Positions 51,671 through 63,688 are shown, counted from the first letter of the stretch. The stretch: DNA of 64,000 bases from Squalus acanthias (GCA_030390025.1 CM059432.1:95606001-95670000), one strand, 5' to 3'. Made by a program: numbers and translations. The notes: a model not told the origin generated them from the sequence alone.

Positions 51671-52515
51671 CAACAACAACAACTTGTATTTATATAGCAC
51701 CTTTAACGTAGTAAAACGTCCCAAGGCGCTTCACAGGAGTGTTATAAGACAAAAAATTGACACTGAGTCACATAAGAAATTAGGACAGATGACCAAAAGC
51801 TTGGTCAAAGAGGTAGGTTTTAAGGAGTGTCTTGAAAGAGGGATAGAGAGGCGGAGAGGTTTAGGGAGGGAGTTCCAGAGCTTAGGGCCTAGGCAGCTGA
51901 AGGCACGGCCAGTGATGGTTGAACGATTATAATCAGGGATGCTCAAGAGGGCATAATTTGAGGAGCGCAGATATCTCGGGGTTGGGGTGGGTGGGTGTTG
52001 TGGGGCTGAAGGAGATTAGAGAGATAGGGAGGGGCGAGGCCATGGAGGGATTTGAAAACAAGGATGAGAATTTTGAAATCAAGACGTTGCTTAATCGGGA
52101 GCCAATGTAGGTCGGCGAGCACAGGGGTGATGGGTGAACGGGACTTGGTGTGAGTTAAGACTTGGGCAGCCGAGTTTTGGATGACCTCAAGTTTACGTAG
52201 GGTAGAATGTGGGAGGCCAGCCAGGAGTGCATTGGAATAGTCAAGTCTAGCGGTATGAGGGTTTCAGCAGCAGATGAGCTGAGGCAGGGGCGGAGACGGG
52301 CAATGTTACGGAGGTGGAAATAGGCGGTCTTAGTTATGCCACGGATATGTGGTCAGAAGTTCATTTCAGGGTCAAATATGTCGCCACGGTTGCAAATGGT
52401 CTGGTTCAGCCTCAGACAGATGCTAGGGAGAGGGATGGAGTTGGTGGCTAGGGACCGGAGTTTGTGGCAAGGCCCGAAAACAATGGCTTCGGTCTTCCCA
52501 ATATTTAATTGGAGA
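51671..52515 (-). mobile_element. L2 LINE 3' portion
   Basis: (CAA)n tail at 51671; LQLNIGKTEAIVFG and KLWNSLP motifs. Confidence 0.9.
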
Positions 52516-53006
52516 CATATTGATCGCGAAAGTTCATTTGTACACATCAAATTCCTCTCCTTCCCTACCCTTAGCACTATTTTTCCCAGTCTATTAAAGT
52601 CTCCTAATATTACTATATTTTTGTTACTGTTGAAATTTGCCAACAAATTTGCTTATCTATCATCTCCTCACTGTTTGGAGATCTTTCTATTAAAAAAACC
52701 CAGCAATTTAACAGCACTCCAACAGCACTCCCTCTGTTCCTTAACTCAAACCAAATAGATTAATTCTTAGAACTATCGAGTTTATCCTTTCTATTTAGAA
52801 CTGTAACATCATCCTTAATACTGCCACGCCCTTCCTCTTTTTCCTTCTCTATCATTCATGAATACTTGGTAACCAGGAATATTAAGAATCCATTCCTGGC
52901 CTTGTTTGAGCCATGTCTCTGTTAATGCAACCACGTCATAATCCCATGTGGCAACTTGTGCATGCAGCTCACCAACCTTACTAGTTATACTATGGACATT
53001 GACGTA

Positions 53007-53370
53007 CAGGAAACTCTTTATTAACCGGCACCCAAATATCTGGAAATCTCTCTTAACCGGCAAAATTCTTGAGTAGGTAACCGGGGTTTTCCTTCATCTC
53101 TCGTTTAAAATTAACTTTAAAAAAAACCCCGAGGCGTTTGCCTTGTATCGGAGCGTGTAGATTGGGAGGGGAATGTGTAGCCCGGGTAGGCAGCGGACAC
53201 GACAGATGGTCAGCTGGCGGTCCCCGGGGAGACGGAGCTCCGAATGCAGGCGCATGTCAATGTGTACGGGGCTCTCGTACGTTGGGAGATATAACTCTCC
53301 ATTATCCGGACTTTTTGATTAACCGGCACCACGCCGGTCCCGTCGGTGCCGGTTAATAAAGAGTTTCCTG
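53007..53370. mobile_element. Tc1/mariner (pogo/Tigger-like) MITE
   Basis: Perfect 26-bp TIR CAGGAAACTCTTTATTAACCGGCACC with TA TSDs (53005-53006, 53371-53372). Confidence 0.92.
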
Positions 53371-54109
53371 TACATACAACACCTCATTTGTCACTTTTGC
53401 TATTTTCCTCAATCTGGAACCCTGCAATTTTTGGGATATTTCTAATTTTACTACTGTTTATATCTCTCTCTCCTCTGATCTCATTGCTGCTCCTTTCTGG
53501 TTCCCCTCCCCAATTTGTTTTAACTTGTTTTCTGTGATCTAATTTTAATTGCTGTCATAGTCCTCGGGTCTGACCCCAACTATGAAATGCCTTGGGGATG
53601 TAAGTTAAATTACTAATCCCCCCCCCCCCCCTTATATAAAAAAAGGATATGTAGAGATAGTATATTAAGGTTTTAGATCTTTAGGAAATAATGGGAAAAT
53701 TGCCTTAGTTATAGTGCATCTCGATTTCTGAGTTATTTTCCCCATCACAGCATTCTCAAATTGAGGAATATGGTGCTTTTTCATTTTCATACTAAAATGC
53801 ATACATATAGTTCTGCTCACTGTCCTCCGGTAAAGTTTGCAGGTAGGAAAGGAGTGTTGCATAATTATCTTTGAGGTGACCTTGTTCTTGTTTAACCTAT
53901 TGGTGTGATGCAAGATTGTGTCATAGTGATGCCAAACATGCAGCATAAAAGTGTGGGGAAAAGAGGACTCCCCTTGACATTTTTGAGAGCTTTTACTGTT
54001 CCAACAACATTTTTGTCTTCCATGCTCCAAATAGCACCTGGAAAACAGGTGCAATGCAGAGAAACTGGTCACTAATCCCGATAGCACTGCACCCGAACTT
54101 TCTCTATGG

Positions 54110-54503
54110 CAGAGGTTCCCAAACTTTACTTATTGCGTACCCTCTTCCAGATCTACCAGCTGCCAATTTACCCCTACCAGCAGACAGGTTTAATATTTTA
54201 ACCCCTTTAATGCCCAAGCTGTACAAATTATAATGCACATATACAACTTGGTGTATGGTGATTGGAGGTGAGGGCTCTGTATGTCATCGTATCTGTGTTC
54301 TCATTGGTACATCTTGAACTAAATTAACTGCTTTCTGTATCTCATTCCCACAGAGCTTTAAACCTTCATCTGAGTAGCCTATTATAACAATGCAATAAAT
54401 AAATAAAATAATGAATCCACCAGTAGACAATTTCTCTCGCGCACCTCCCAGAGATGTCTCGTGTACCCCCAGGGGTACGCGTACCACAGTCTGGGAACCC
54501 CTT
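54110..54503. mobile_element. Degenerate non-autonomous hAT element
   Basis: Ends CAGAGGTTCCCAAACT / AGTCTGGGAACCCCT; subterminal GTACCCCCAGGGGTAC palindrome; TSD poorly preserved. Confidence 0.65.
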
Positions 54504-55255
54504 TTTCTGATGTCTGCGCCTAAATAAGGCACAATGATGGACATTATGTACAAATAAATGTCAGAGAGCTCTGAATACTGATTTCCTTTAATAACATTGA
54601 GTGAAAATCAGGAGAAACTTTGCCTATTAAAAACTGGCACTACTGATTCCTGAGCTGTTGTTTCGGTGCTATCTGTCTTGAGTTAGGTATTGTCAAGAGA
54701 AGCCTTTATTTTTTTTTACTGAAAAATGGTTTTGTTACTTCAACACTTGTTGGAGAATGCTGTTAGTATTTTACACTTTGTGACGGAGGCAAATGTATCA
54801 CTAGCATCCCCTCCCACCCTCTCTATTTTTAAACGATATGACTTATTTAGAGGGGTGAGAGCCACAAGCCCTTTCGACAGCTGCTGAGGTCTGGCCCTTT
54901 CTTGAGCTAGTAACAACTTTTCTCTACCACAGTACAAGAATCTCTCTTCCCCTGAGCATACAAGCTTTCATACCACCTGGAATAAAAATAGTAGCCGCAC
55001 AGTCAAACAAGCACCCTCCTTCTATTTCTGTAACATTGGTCTTCATACCCATACATTTTCCCTGTTCCTCTACCGACTGTTTGGCACCGCAATGCTGCCC
55101 TCTTGCCCAGCTCCCTCCAAGCCAGACTGCAGGGGTACGCAGCCTGCTGATTGGAGTGCTTCTGCCATCCCAGCCGTGGTACAGCAGCATGAAGATAATC
55201 ACAGGGCTGTCCCGTTTCATTAAAGGAGAAGACCACAAAAATAAAAATCACAATT

Positions 55256-55510
55256 TTTGGTGGCTGTAAGTAATTTCAGTACTTGCCAATACTTGCCTGC
55301 AGCTGCTACTTTTAATATTTTATGTCCCATGTACAGGAAATCCTGAAAAATTACTCTTTTTTTTTTCTTTCATGGGGCTTCTACTGTGTTTGGTGGCTGT
55401 AAGTAATTTCAGTACTTGCCAATACGTGCCTGCAGCTGCTACTTTTAATATTTTATGTCCCATGTACAGGAAATCCTGAAAAATTATTCTTTTATGGGGC
55501 TTCTACTGTG
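55256..55510 (+). repeat. Two-copy tandem duplication (133 and 122 bp)
   Basis: TTTGGTGGCTGTAAG...GGGGCTTCTACTGTG at 55256-55388 and 55389-55510. Confidence 0.95.
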
Positions 55511-57659
55511 CATATAGGGGAAGGCTGCTTTCAAAGTCCAGGATGCACCCAGATGTCCTTATCGCCATGGCTACAGCTACTGGTGAGCCCCTTCATGCTA
55601 GTTGAGCCTGAGAGGAGGTTTGGGCACAGAGCTCGAAGTCCCAGAAGAGTGACCTTCTAGTATGCTCCACACTAATTGCCCTCAGACAGTGCTGAGAGAG
55701 AAAGATCGGCCCCTTAATCACATAGAATGCTAGCTATTGATGAGAATAAAATATTGCAAACATTTTGTTTAAGAAAATTGAAGTTTCCTTTACCTTGTAT
55801 TAAAGGTTCTATGAAATAGAATTTTTTTCAAGAATTGTTTGGACTTTGTTTATAAAGATATTCAGTAGCTATGCAAATTTCAATATTTAGAATCTCCCAT
55901 ATCTTTAGGATAGTGACAAAGCTCTCTGCATTACAGTCGATGTTAGCTTTTTGATTTGGTTGAATTCAGTAGGTTTTTGGGTTTGAATTACGTGCAGTGC
56001 AGTACTTGACTGCTTGAGTTACTGCTTCTCTTGTTCGTGGCTCAGGTTGCGGTTGTTTCAATTTGGAATGCTTTGTTGAACAAAATGCCTGTTCATACAG
56101 GAGCTTGTATTGTTGGGCAGTCTCATACCTTGGGATGGGTGTGGATCAGGATTAAAGTGCACTTTATATGGTTTTAATTGCAGTTGCCTATTTGACTTGG
56201 AGGAATAGAAAGGGCTTTCTTTCCCCTCTGTTTTACTACCGATCCGCATGATGGAACACACACATCTCACAGGTGTTGAATGGTTACAAATGAAAAGTAT
56301 CCACTTAAGTGTTTCAAATTATTTATTTAAAAATAGCTAGCAGGTAATTGTGCTTATTTCTTTTTTTTTCAAATGTGGAATAAATACATGTGATTTCTTC
56401 ATACAATTTTCCTGTTGATCTGGTTTTTGGATTGAGCAACTAACATTTGATATTTTAAGCTTTTCCCACAGCTTGCAGTGCTTGACCCCAAACCTTGATT
56501 TTGCTTTGATAAAGCTTTTACAACACGGAGAAACAATGAATACTGTTAATGTTGTGCACATCACTAGAGCACATCAAATGTGTATTACAGTTCAAGCACT
56601 CCCAACTCCGTGTTTACAGCAAAATGCATTTTCAGTAAGCAGTCACATCTGTTATGATCAGAAACTTGCACCCTTATGCGTGCGATGCATATATGGGTAG
56701 TGTGCCACAGGATTAACAACTCTTCTACTGAGTTATTTTATATCTGAAGTTACATGGGCTGCTTATCATAGAAAACAGCACGCTATCACACCCTACTTGT
56801 AAATCATATTTATTTACAAGGTTTATAATTACACTGAAGCAAAATGAATACAGCAGAATAACCACCAATACAAATGCTTAACTTTAATACACCACTTTAA
56901 ACTATCTTGAATATCACAAAAGTGTCTGAAACTTCAGTATTTTCTAGAATCTTTTAACTAACAGCCAAGTTATGCTGCTCTGGGTTTACACCACGAGTCC
57001 TGCTGCAGGGGAGGTAGACATTTGATGATTTGAGTGTGCGGGCAGGAACCACTGATCTAAACCACCCACCTGGCATTTGATATAAAAAAAAATCCAAACA
57101 TTTGTGATATAAACAAACCACCCACTTGTGCAAATGCTAAACTGCACAGTCTGATGCACTTACTATGGATAACCAGTTACTTAACTTGCATTCTTACCAT
57201 AAAAAATTGCTTACCTCCTCCCTGGAAAGGGAGAGCAGGAGGATCTGGATACAAAGATGTTAGTGATGAAAAACATTGCAATAGATTAATAACTGACTAG
57301 TTTTCTGTTGGTGCTGATATTCCACGTTCATATTTCTTTCTAGTAAAAGGTTGGGTATTGCTCATACAGATAACTAGACAGAAGAATAGCTAAGTAAGTA
57401 TGACTTTCAGCAGGCCCATATTAAAACAGGATCTTATTCCTAAAACAGAAAGTTCCCCTTATTGTTCTGATCACCTATTCTGTTACTGGTTGTTCAGGTT
57501 ATTTGTGTTACCCTATTAAAATTATGCTATCCAGTATTGAGACTATGCTTACAATTTTCTAAAAGCATTGGTAACTGACTGTCAAGTGAATCTATCAATG
57601 GCAAGGTGTTTTTTAAAGTACTTGTATTTAAAACTGTATACTGTGAACAACTAAGCAAA

Positions 57660-57885
57660 TGAAAATGGAAATAAAATGTTGGAGAAATACAGCAGGTCAG
57701 TCAGTGTCCATGGAGACAACAGACAAATTAACGTTTCGGGTGTGCACCCTTCTTCAAAACTGTTCTTGAAGAGCCGAAGCATTAACTTGTCTGTTCTTGC
57801 CGTGGATGCTGACTGACCTGCTGCGTTACTCCACCATTTTCCGATTTCATTCCAGATTTCCAACATCTGCAGTATTTTGCTTTTG
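57660..57885. mobile_element. Penelope-type inverted terminal-repeat remnant (second family) with a degenerate hammerhead
   Basis: Arms CAGCAGGTCAGTCAG...ACAGACAAATTAA / TTAACTTGTCTGT...CTGACTGACCTGCTG. The minus strand of 57728-57760 reads GUU-UUGAAGA-A-GGGUG-CA-CACCC-GAAA-CG-UU-AA. Confidence 0.65.
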
Positions 57886-58079
57886 CTAGTTCATGCTCTG
57901 TGAATTCCTCCTTGTCTTTCAGATAATGAAGGAAAGGAATAGAATTTCAGTTAACTCGCTGAGATTAGAGGATTTCTGCTTCCTGTATGCCTTCTCATTT
58001 GATCTTGATTACAATGTTGTAATACTTTTTGCTGTTCCTTATGTATCGTCCTGAAACATCATTTTTTTTCTTAATACAG

Positions 58080-58122
58080 TGCTGCAGGTGAAAGTAACCA
58101 AACTAAAGAAGGAGAGATGTTT
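58080..58122 (+). CDS. RBBP8: CtIP / RBBP8, second coding exon (43 nt)
   Basis: Polypyrimidine tract + TACAG acceptor and GTAAGT donor. In phase with the previous exon it gives (V)LQVKVTKLKKERC(L), versus recalled human GLQVKVTKLKQERIL. Confidence 0.93.
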
Positions 58123-58599
58123 GTAAGTATCATAATTTTACCCTAAAGTATTTCTTGTTATAATAATTATGTACTAAGTGTAGTTGAAACTGTCCGTTAC
58201 GGTGGCCCAAAGAAACACTTAGTTAGATTTACTACGTAGGTGGCCACTAAATGCAGGCAGGGTATGTGAAAAGGCAAATGTATTTAATTGCCTTAATGTT
58301 GGGTACCTTTTCAATCAGGTTAACAATGATATTTTGTTTCATTGAAAAGGCAATCATGCAATCAAACATTGAGGCAATTGACATTATTTTAGTATTACTG
58401 CACCTGTAATGTATTTAATCTGTATTCAGTAGTAATATCAACATTAAAAGTCCATCATGAATTTTATTTTCAAAAGAAAAATGTTTCTAACTTTATCTCA
58501 TATTCATAGCTATGAGACAGTGTAGAGCTACTGGAGTTGAATGTTTCATAGCAGTTGTCAATATTTCAGCTTCACTCTTCTCCAATATGAATTCTTTCA

Positions 58600-58705
58600 G
58601 TTTCCTACATTACAACAGTGATTACACTTCAAAGAGTACTTCATTAGTTGCAAAGTGCTTTGGAACATCGGCGGTCGTGAAAGGCGCTATATAAATGCAA
58701 GTCCT
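58600..58705 (+). mobile_element. DeuSINE 3' tail fragment
   Basis: TTTCCTACATTACAACAGTGA...GTCGTGAAAGGCGCTATATAAATGCAAG. Confidence 0.7.
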
Positions 58706-58799
58706 TCCCCTTTCCCTTTCTTCTCCTTCCCTCCCCCCCCCCCCCCTTCCTTCCTCCTTTTCCCTTACTTCCGCTCCTTTTCCCTTTCTTACGCTCCTT

Positions 58800-59916
58800 T
58801 CATAGAATGGCTACAGCACAGAAGGAGGCCACTCAGCCCATCAAGCCCGTGCCGGCTCTCTGCAAGAGCACTTCAGCTAGTCCCACTCCCCCGCCCTTTC
58901 CCCGTAGCCCTGCAAATTTTTTTCCTTCAGGTGCTTATCCAATTCCCTTTTGAAAGCCACAATTGAATCTGCCTCCACCACCCTTTCAGGCAGTGCATTC
59001 CAGATCGTAACCACTCGCTGCGTGAAAAAAGCATTTTCTCATGTCGCCTTTGGTTCTTTTGCCAATCACCTTAAATCTGTGCCCTCTGGTTCTTGACCCT
59101 TCTGCCAATGGGAACAGTTTCTCTCTATCTACTCTGTCTAGACCCCTCATGATTTTAAACACCGCCATCAAATCTCCTCTCGACCTTCTCCGCTCTAAGG
59201 AGAACAACCACAGCTTCTCCAGTCTATCCACGTAACTGAAGTCCCTCATCCCTGGAACCATTCTTGTAACTCTTTTCTGCACCCTCTCTAAGGCCTTCAC
59301 ATCCTTCCTAAAGTGCGGTACCCAGAATTGGACACAATACTCCAGTTGAGGCTAAACCAGTGTTTTATAAAGGTTCATCATAACTTCCTTGCTTTTGTAC
59401 TCTATGCCTCTATTTATGAAGCCTCGGACCCCGTATGCTTTTTTAACCGTTTTCTCAACCTGCTCTGCCACCTTCAATGATGTGTGCACATATACCCCCA
59501 GGTCTCTCTGTTCATGCACCCCCTTTAGGATTGTACCCTTTAGTTTTTATTGCCTCTCCTCGTTCTTCCGACCAAAATGTATCACTTCGCACTTTTCTGC
59601 GGTAAATTTCATCTGCCATGTGTCCGCCCATTCCACCAGCCTGTCTGTCTGTCTTGAAGTCTATCACTATCCTCATCACTGTTGACTATACTTCCAAGTT
59701 ATGTGTCATCTGCACATTTTGAAATTGTACCCTGTACTCCCAAGTCCAAGTCATTAATGTATATCAAGAAGAGCAGTAGTTCTAGTACAGACCCCTGGGG
59801 AACACCACTCTATACCTTCCTCCAGTCTGAAAAACAACCATTCACCACTACTCTCTGTTTCCTGTCATTTAGACAATTTCATATCCATGCTGCCACTGTC
59901 CCGTTTATTCCATGGG
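58800..59916 (-). mobile_element. CR1 LINE fragment
   Basis: ALERVQKRVTRMVPGMRDFSYVDRLEKL and SGVPQGSVL motifs. Confidence 0.9.
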
Positions 59917-60727
59917 CTTCACAATCTATATCAATGATTTGGATGAGGGGACCAACTATAATATATCCAGGTTTGCTGATGATACAAAGCTGGGTGGGAA
60001 TGTAAGTTGTGAGGAAGATGCAAAGAGGCTTCAAGGAGATATGGACAGGCTAAGTGAGTGGGCAAGAACATGGCAAATGGAATATAATGTGGAGAAATGT
60101 GAAGTTATCCACTTTGGTAGGAAAAATAGAAAAGTAGAGTATTTTTTAAATGGTGAGAGATTGGGAAATGTTGGTGTTCAGAGGGACCTGGGTGTCCTTG
60201 TACACAAATCACTGAAGGTTAACATGCAGGTACAGCAAGCAATTAGGAAAGCAAATGGTATGTTGGCCTTTATTACAAGAGGATTTGAGTATAAGAGTAA
60301 AGACGTCTTATTGCAATTATATAGGGCCCTGGTGAGATCACACCTGGAGTATTGTGTACAGTTTTGGTCTCCTTACCTAAGGAAGGATGTACTTGCCATA
60401 GAGTGAGTGCAACGATGGTTCACCAGACTGGTTCCTGGGATAGGGGGATTGTCCTATGAGGAGAGATTCAGTAGACTAGGCCTATATTCTCTGGAGTTTA
60501 GAAGAATGAGAGGTGATCTCATTGAAACATACAACATTCTTGCAGGGCTTGACAGGGTAGATGCAGGACGGATGTTTCCCCTGGCTGGGGAGTCTAGAAC
60601 CAGGGGTCACAGTCTCAGAATAAGGGGTCGGCCATTTAGGACTGATGAGAAATTTCTTCACACAGAGGGTGGTGAATCTTTGGAATTCTCTACCCCAGAG
60701 GGCTGTGGAGGCTCAGTCGTTGAGTAC
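59917..60727 (+). mobile_element. CR1 LINE internal fragment
   Basis: [16 protein letters not shown] and HLEYCVQFWSP motifs; lacks the 3' tail. Confidence 0.92.
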
Positions 60728-61129
60728 TTTAAAAAGAGCAGGAGCGGAGAGCCAGAACGGCAGAGTACTTTAAACAGCGAGGACCTAATTGGAGACACCA
60801 GCAGCAGCGGCGGGACCTTCTACGATTTCCAAAAAAATAAGGTGTGACGTCACAGGGCAGCAGTGTGCGGACCTGCGGGAGGAACGGAGTCGGAGACCGG
60901 GGATAAAGGCAGCGTGGAGCAGAGGCCTGGGTGTCTGAGTGAGCAGACTACCTGCGAGAGAGACAATCGGCAAGCGACACAACGAAGGAGTGACGTCAGA
61001 ATTCAAAGGTGTCGCTGGCACAAGGGAGCTGAGAGGTGAGTATAGGGTGAGTAGTTGTAGTAATTTTATTTGTTCTGTTTTGAGTATATTTCTGCTAAGT
61101 CATTCATAGCCCATCTAATAAAGAAAAAT

Positions 61130-61725
61130 GAGAAGTCGCACAACACCAGGTTATAGTCCAACAGATTTATTTAAAATTACAAGCTTTCGGAGCTATCGCC
61201 CCTTCTTCAGGTAAAGTTACAATGAGTGAATCTACAAAAGTTCACAGAATATAAACACAGAAACTGCAGAGATACAATCTTTCCTTACATCAAAGACATA
61301 CCAAGAGCACAGCCAAGACAATGAGATGTGTCCCAGGGGGTCCAACGTGTCAAATCCTGCTGTCTGCAGCAGATCTCTCTCCATATCCCTTCCCCTCTCT
61401 CCGTCTTTTTTGGGTTTGTTTTTTTGTTTGTTTTTTAAAAACTGGAAAGACAGACAACGATGTCAAGTCACGTTCTGTAGCGTGACATGAACCCGATATC
61501 CCTATTGAGGCCGTCCTCATGAGTGCGGAACTTGGCTATCAGTTTCTGCTTGATGATTTTGCGTTGTCGTGTGTCTCGAAGGCCGCCTTGGAGAACGCTA
61601 ACCCACAGATCCGAGGCTGAATGCCCTTGACTGCTGAAGTGTACCCCGACTGGGAGGCAACCATCCTGCCTGGCGATTGTTGCGCGGTGTCCGTTCATAC
61701 GTTGTCTCAGTGTCTGCATGGTCGA
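61130..61725 (-). mobile_element. Penelope-like element 3' fragment
   Basis: GIY-YIG C-terminal half (61468-61719: QTLRQRMNGHR...PVGVHF...H...GLN), followed by a 3' UTR containing a hammerhead and the terminal repeat. Confidence 0.88.
61177..61214 (-). ncRNA. Minimal type I hammerhead ribozyme motif
   Basis: UUAC-CUGAAGA-A-GGGGC-GAUA-GCUCC-GAAA-GC-UU-GUAA; intact core and stems, on the same strand as the GIY-YIG ORF. Confidence 0.8.
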
Positions 61726-61820
61726 GGGAAGTGCTGATTGGTGGGTAGCTGTTGAGTGTTTCTTGTTAAGTTTTAAGTTTATTTCTGCTAAATTACATCA
61801 AGAGTCTGGTAAATAGAGGC

Positions 61821-62773
61821 ATGGCAGGGAAGCTCAGTCCCATGATTTGCACATCCTTTGCCATGTGGGAAATCCTGGATGCTTCTTGTGGCCTGGACGA
61901 CTACGTGTGCAGGAAGTGTCGCCAACTGCAGCAACTCGAGCTCCGAGTTTTGGAGCTTGAGCGGCAGCTGGAGTCACTACAGTGCATCCGCGAGGCTGAG
62001 AAATACTTGGAAAGCACGTTTCTGGAAGTGGTCACCCTGCAGCCTCAGAATGTGCAGGCAGAGAGGGAATGGGTGACCCCCAGACAGAGAAGGAGGACCA
62101 GGCAGGTAGGGCAGGAATCCCCAGAGTGCATCTCGCTCACTAACCGGTTCACAGTTCTGGAAACTGTTGGGGGTGATGGTTCTCTGGGGAGAGCAGCCAG
62201 AGCCAAGGCCACGGCACCACGGGTGGCTCAGCTGCATGGGGTGGGGGAAGAAGAAGAGTGGAAGAGCAATAGTGATAGGGGATTCATTGATTAGGGGAGC
62301 AGATAGGCGTTTCTGTGGACGCAGATGTGACTCCAGGATGGTATGTTGCCTCCCTGGTGACAGAGTCAAGGATGTCACTGAGCGGCTGCAGGACACTCTG
62401 AGGGGGGGAGGGTGAACAGCCAGAGGTCGTTGTCCATATCGGTACCAACGACATCGGCAAAAAGAGGAATGAGGTCCTGCAGGCAGACTATAGGGATCTA
62501 GGAAAGAGATTAAAAAGCAGCACCTCAAAGGTAGTAATCTCCGGATTACTCCCGGTGCCACGTGCTAGTGAGTACAGAAATAGGAGGATAGAACAGATGA
62601 ATGTGTGGTTGGAGAGATGGTGCAGGAGGGAAGGCTTTAGATTCCTGAGGCACTGGGGCCATTTCTGGGGAAGGTGGGACCTGTACAAGCCAGACGGGTT
62701 ACACCTCAACAGAGCTGGGACCAATATTCTCGTGGGGAGGTTTGCTAGTGCTGTTGGGGAGGGTGTAAACTAG
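61821..62773 (+). pseudogene. CR1 ORF1 (zinc finger/coiled coil + SGNH esterase), disrupted
   Basis: CTSF...YVCRKC, a leucine-zipper-like LQQLELRVLELERQLESL, and SGNH blocks IVIGDS, GTND and DGLHLN; broken by a frameshift and a stop. Confidence 0.88.
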
Positions 62774-63263
62774 CTTGGCAGGGGGATGGGCACCAGCATA
62801 TAGGAGTAGAAAAGAGGAATAAGGTGCATAAGAGCATAAGTGTGTTGGATAGTACTAGAGAAGACAGTAGTACTAGAGGCGGAAGTAGTACCATATTAGA
62901 TAGGAGCAAACTAAGAAAGACTACGAAAAATTCAAAAATGGGTTTAGAATGCATGTACGTAAACGCACAAAGTGTGGTGAATAAGGTTGGTGAGCTACAA
63001 GCACAATTAGCGTTGTGGCAATAACGGAAACGTGGCTTAAAAACGGTGAGGACTGGGCACTTAATATTCAAGGGTACAAGGTATTCAGAAAAGATAGGGA
63101 AGAAAAAAGGGAGGGGAAGTGGCAGTGCTGATTAAGGAAGACATTGTAGTGTTGGAAAGGGAGGATGTTCTTGAGGGGACAAGGACAGAATCCATTTGGT
63201 TAGAGTTGAGGAGCAAAAAGGGTATGATCACGATATTGGGGGTATTCTACAGGCCTCCAAATA

Positions 63264-63688
63264 CAGGAAACTTTCGTTTATCCGGCACCCAAATATCCGG
63301 AATTCTCGCTTAACCGGCAAAAATCATCCTCCGAAAACTCCTCTCAAATAACCGGCAATGCTGCCGAGTCGCAGTCGAGTCTCCGCGAACGCCGAGTGCT
63401 CCGAAAAATCCTCTCAAATAACTGGCAATGTTGCCGATCCCGAGTCTGAGTCCGAGTCCGCGAACGCCGATTTAGTCAGTAGGGGTACTTTTCAAAAGTG
63501 CCACTACTCGGCCTCCTGGCGCTGTCGCAAGTCCGAAACATTGCAGTAGCATGAGTAGATTCTCCCGTGCTGCTTGGAGTCTCTTTGTTAAAAATAGCCT
63601 CGGTAGATATAACTCTCTGTTATCCGGTACTTTCGATAAACCGGCACCACGCCGGTCCCGTCGATGCCGGATAAACGAAAGTTTCCTG
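63264..63688. mobile_element. Tc1/mariner (pogo/Tigger-like) MITE
   Basis: Perfect 24-bp TIR CAGGAAACTTTCGTTTATCCGGCA with TA TSDs; interrupts CR1 ORF2 at YRPPN|S. Confidence 0.92.

Larger units (their letters stand above)
47845..53400 (-). mobile_element. Old CR1 LINE hosting several nested insertions
   Basis: 3' tail at ~47845; ORF2 pieces WNALPE, QLEYCGQF, MEFNVEKCEVMHFG, SDHNII, ILGDFN and ALTETWL...IPGY in correct minus-strand order. Confidence 0.75.

Noticed and set aside
58800..60727. Twin-priming 5' inversion of a single CR1
   Set aside because: The two arms cover the same RT region and belong to visibly different subfamilies, so they are separate insertions.
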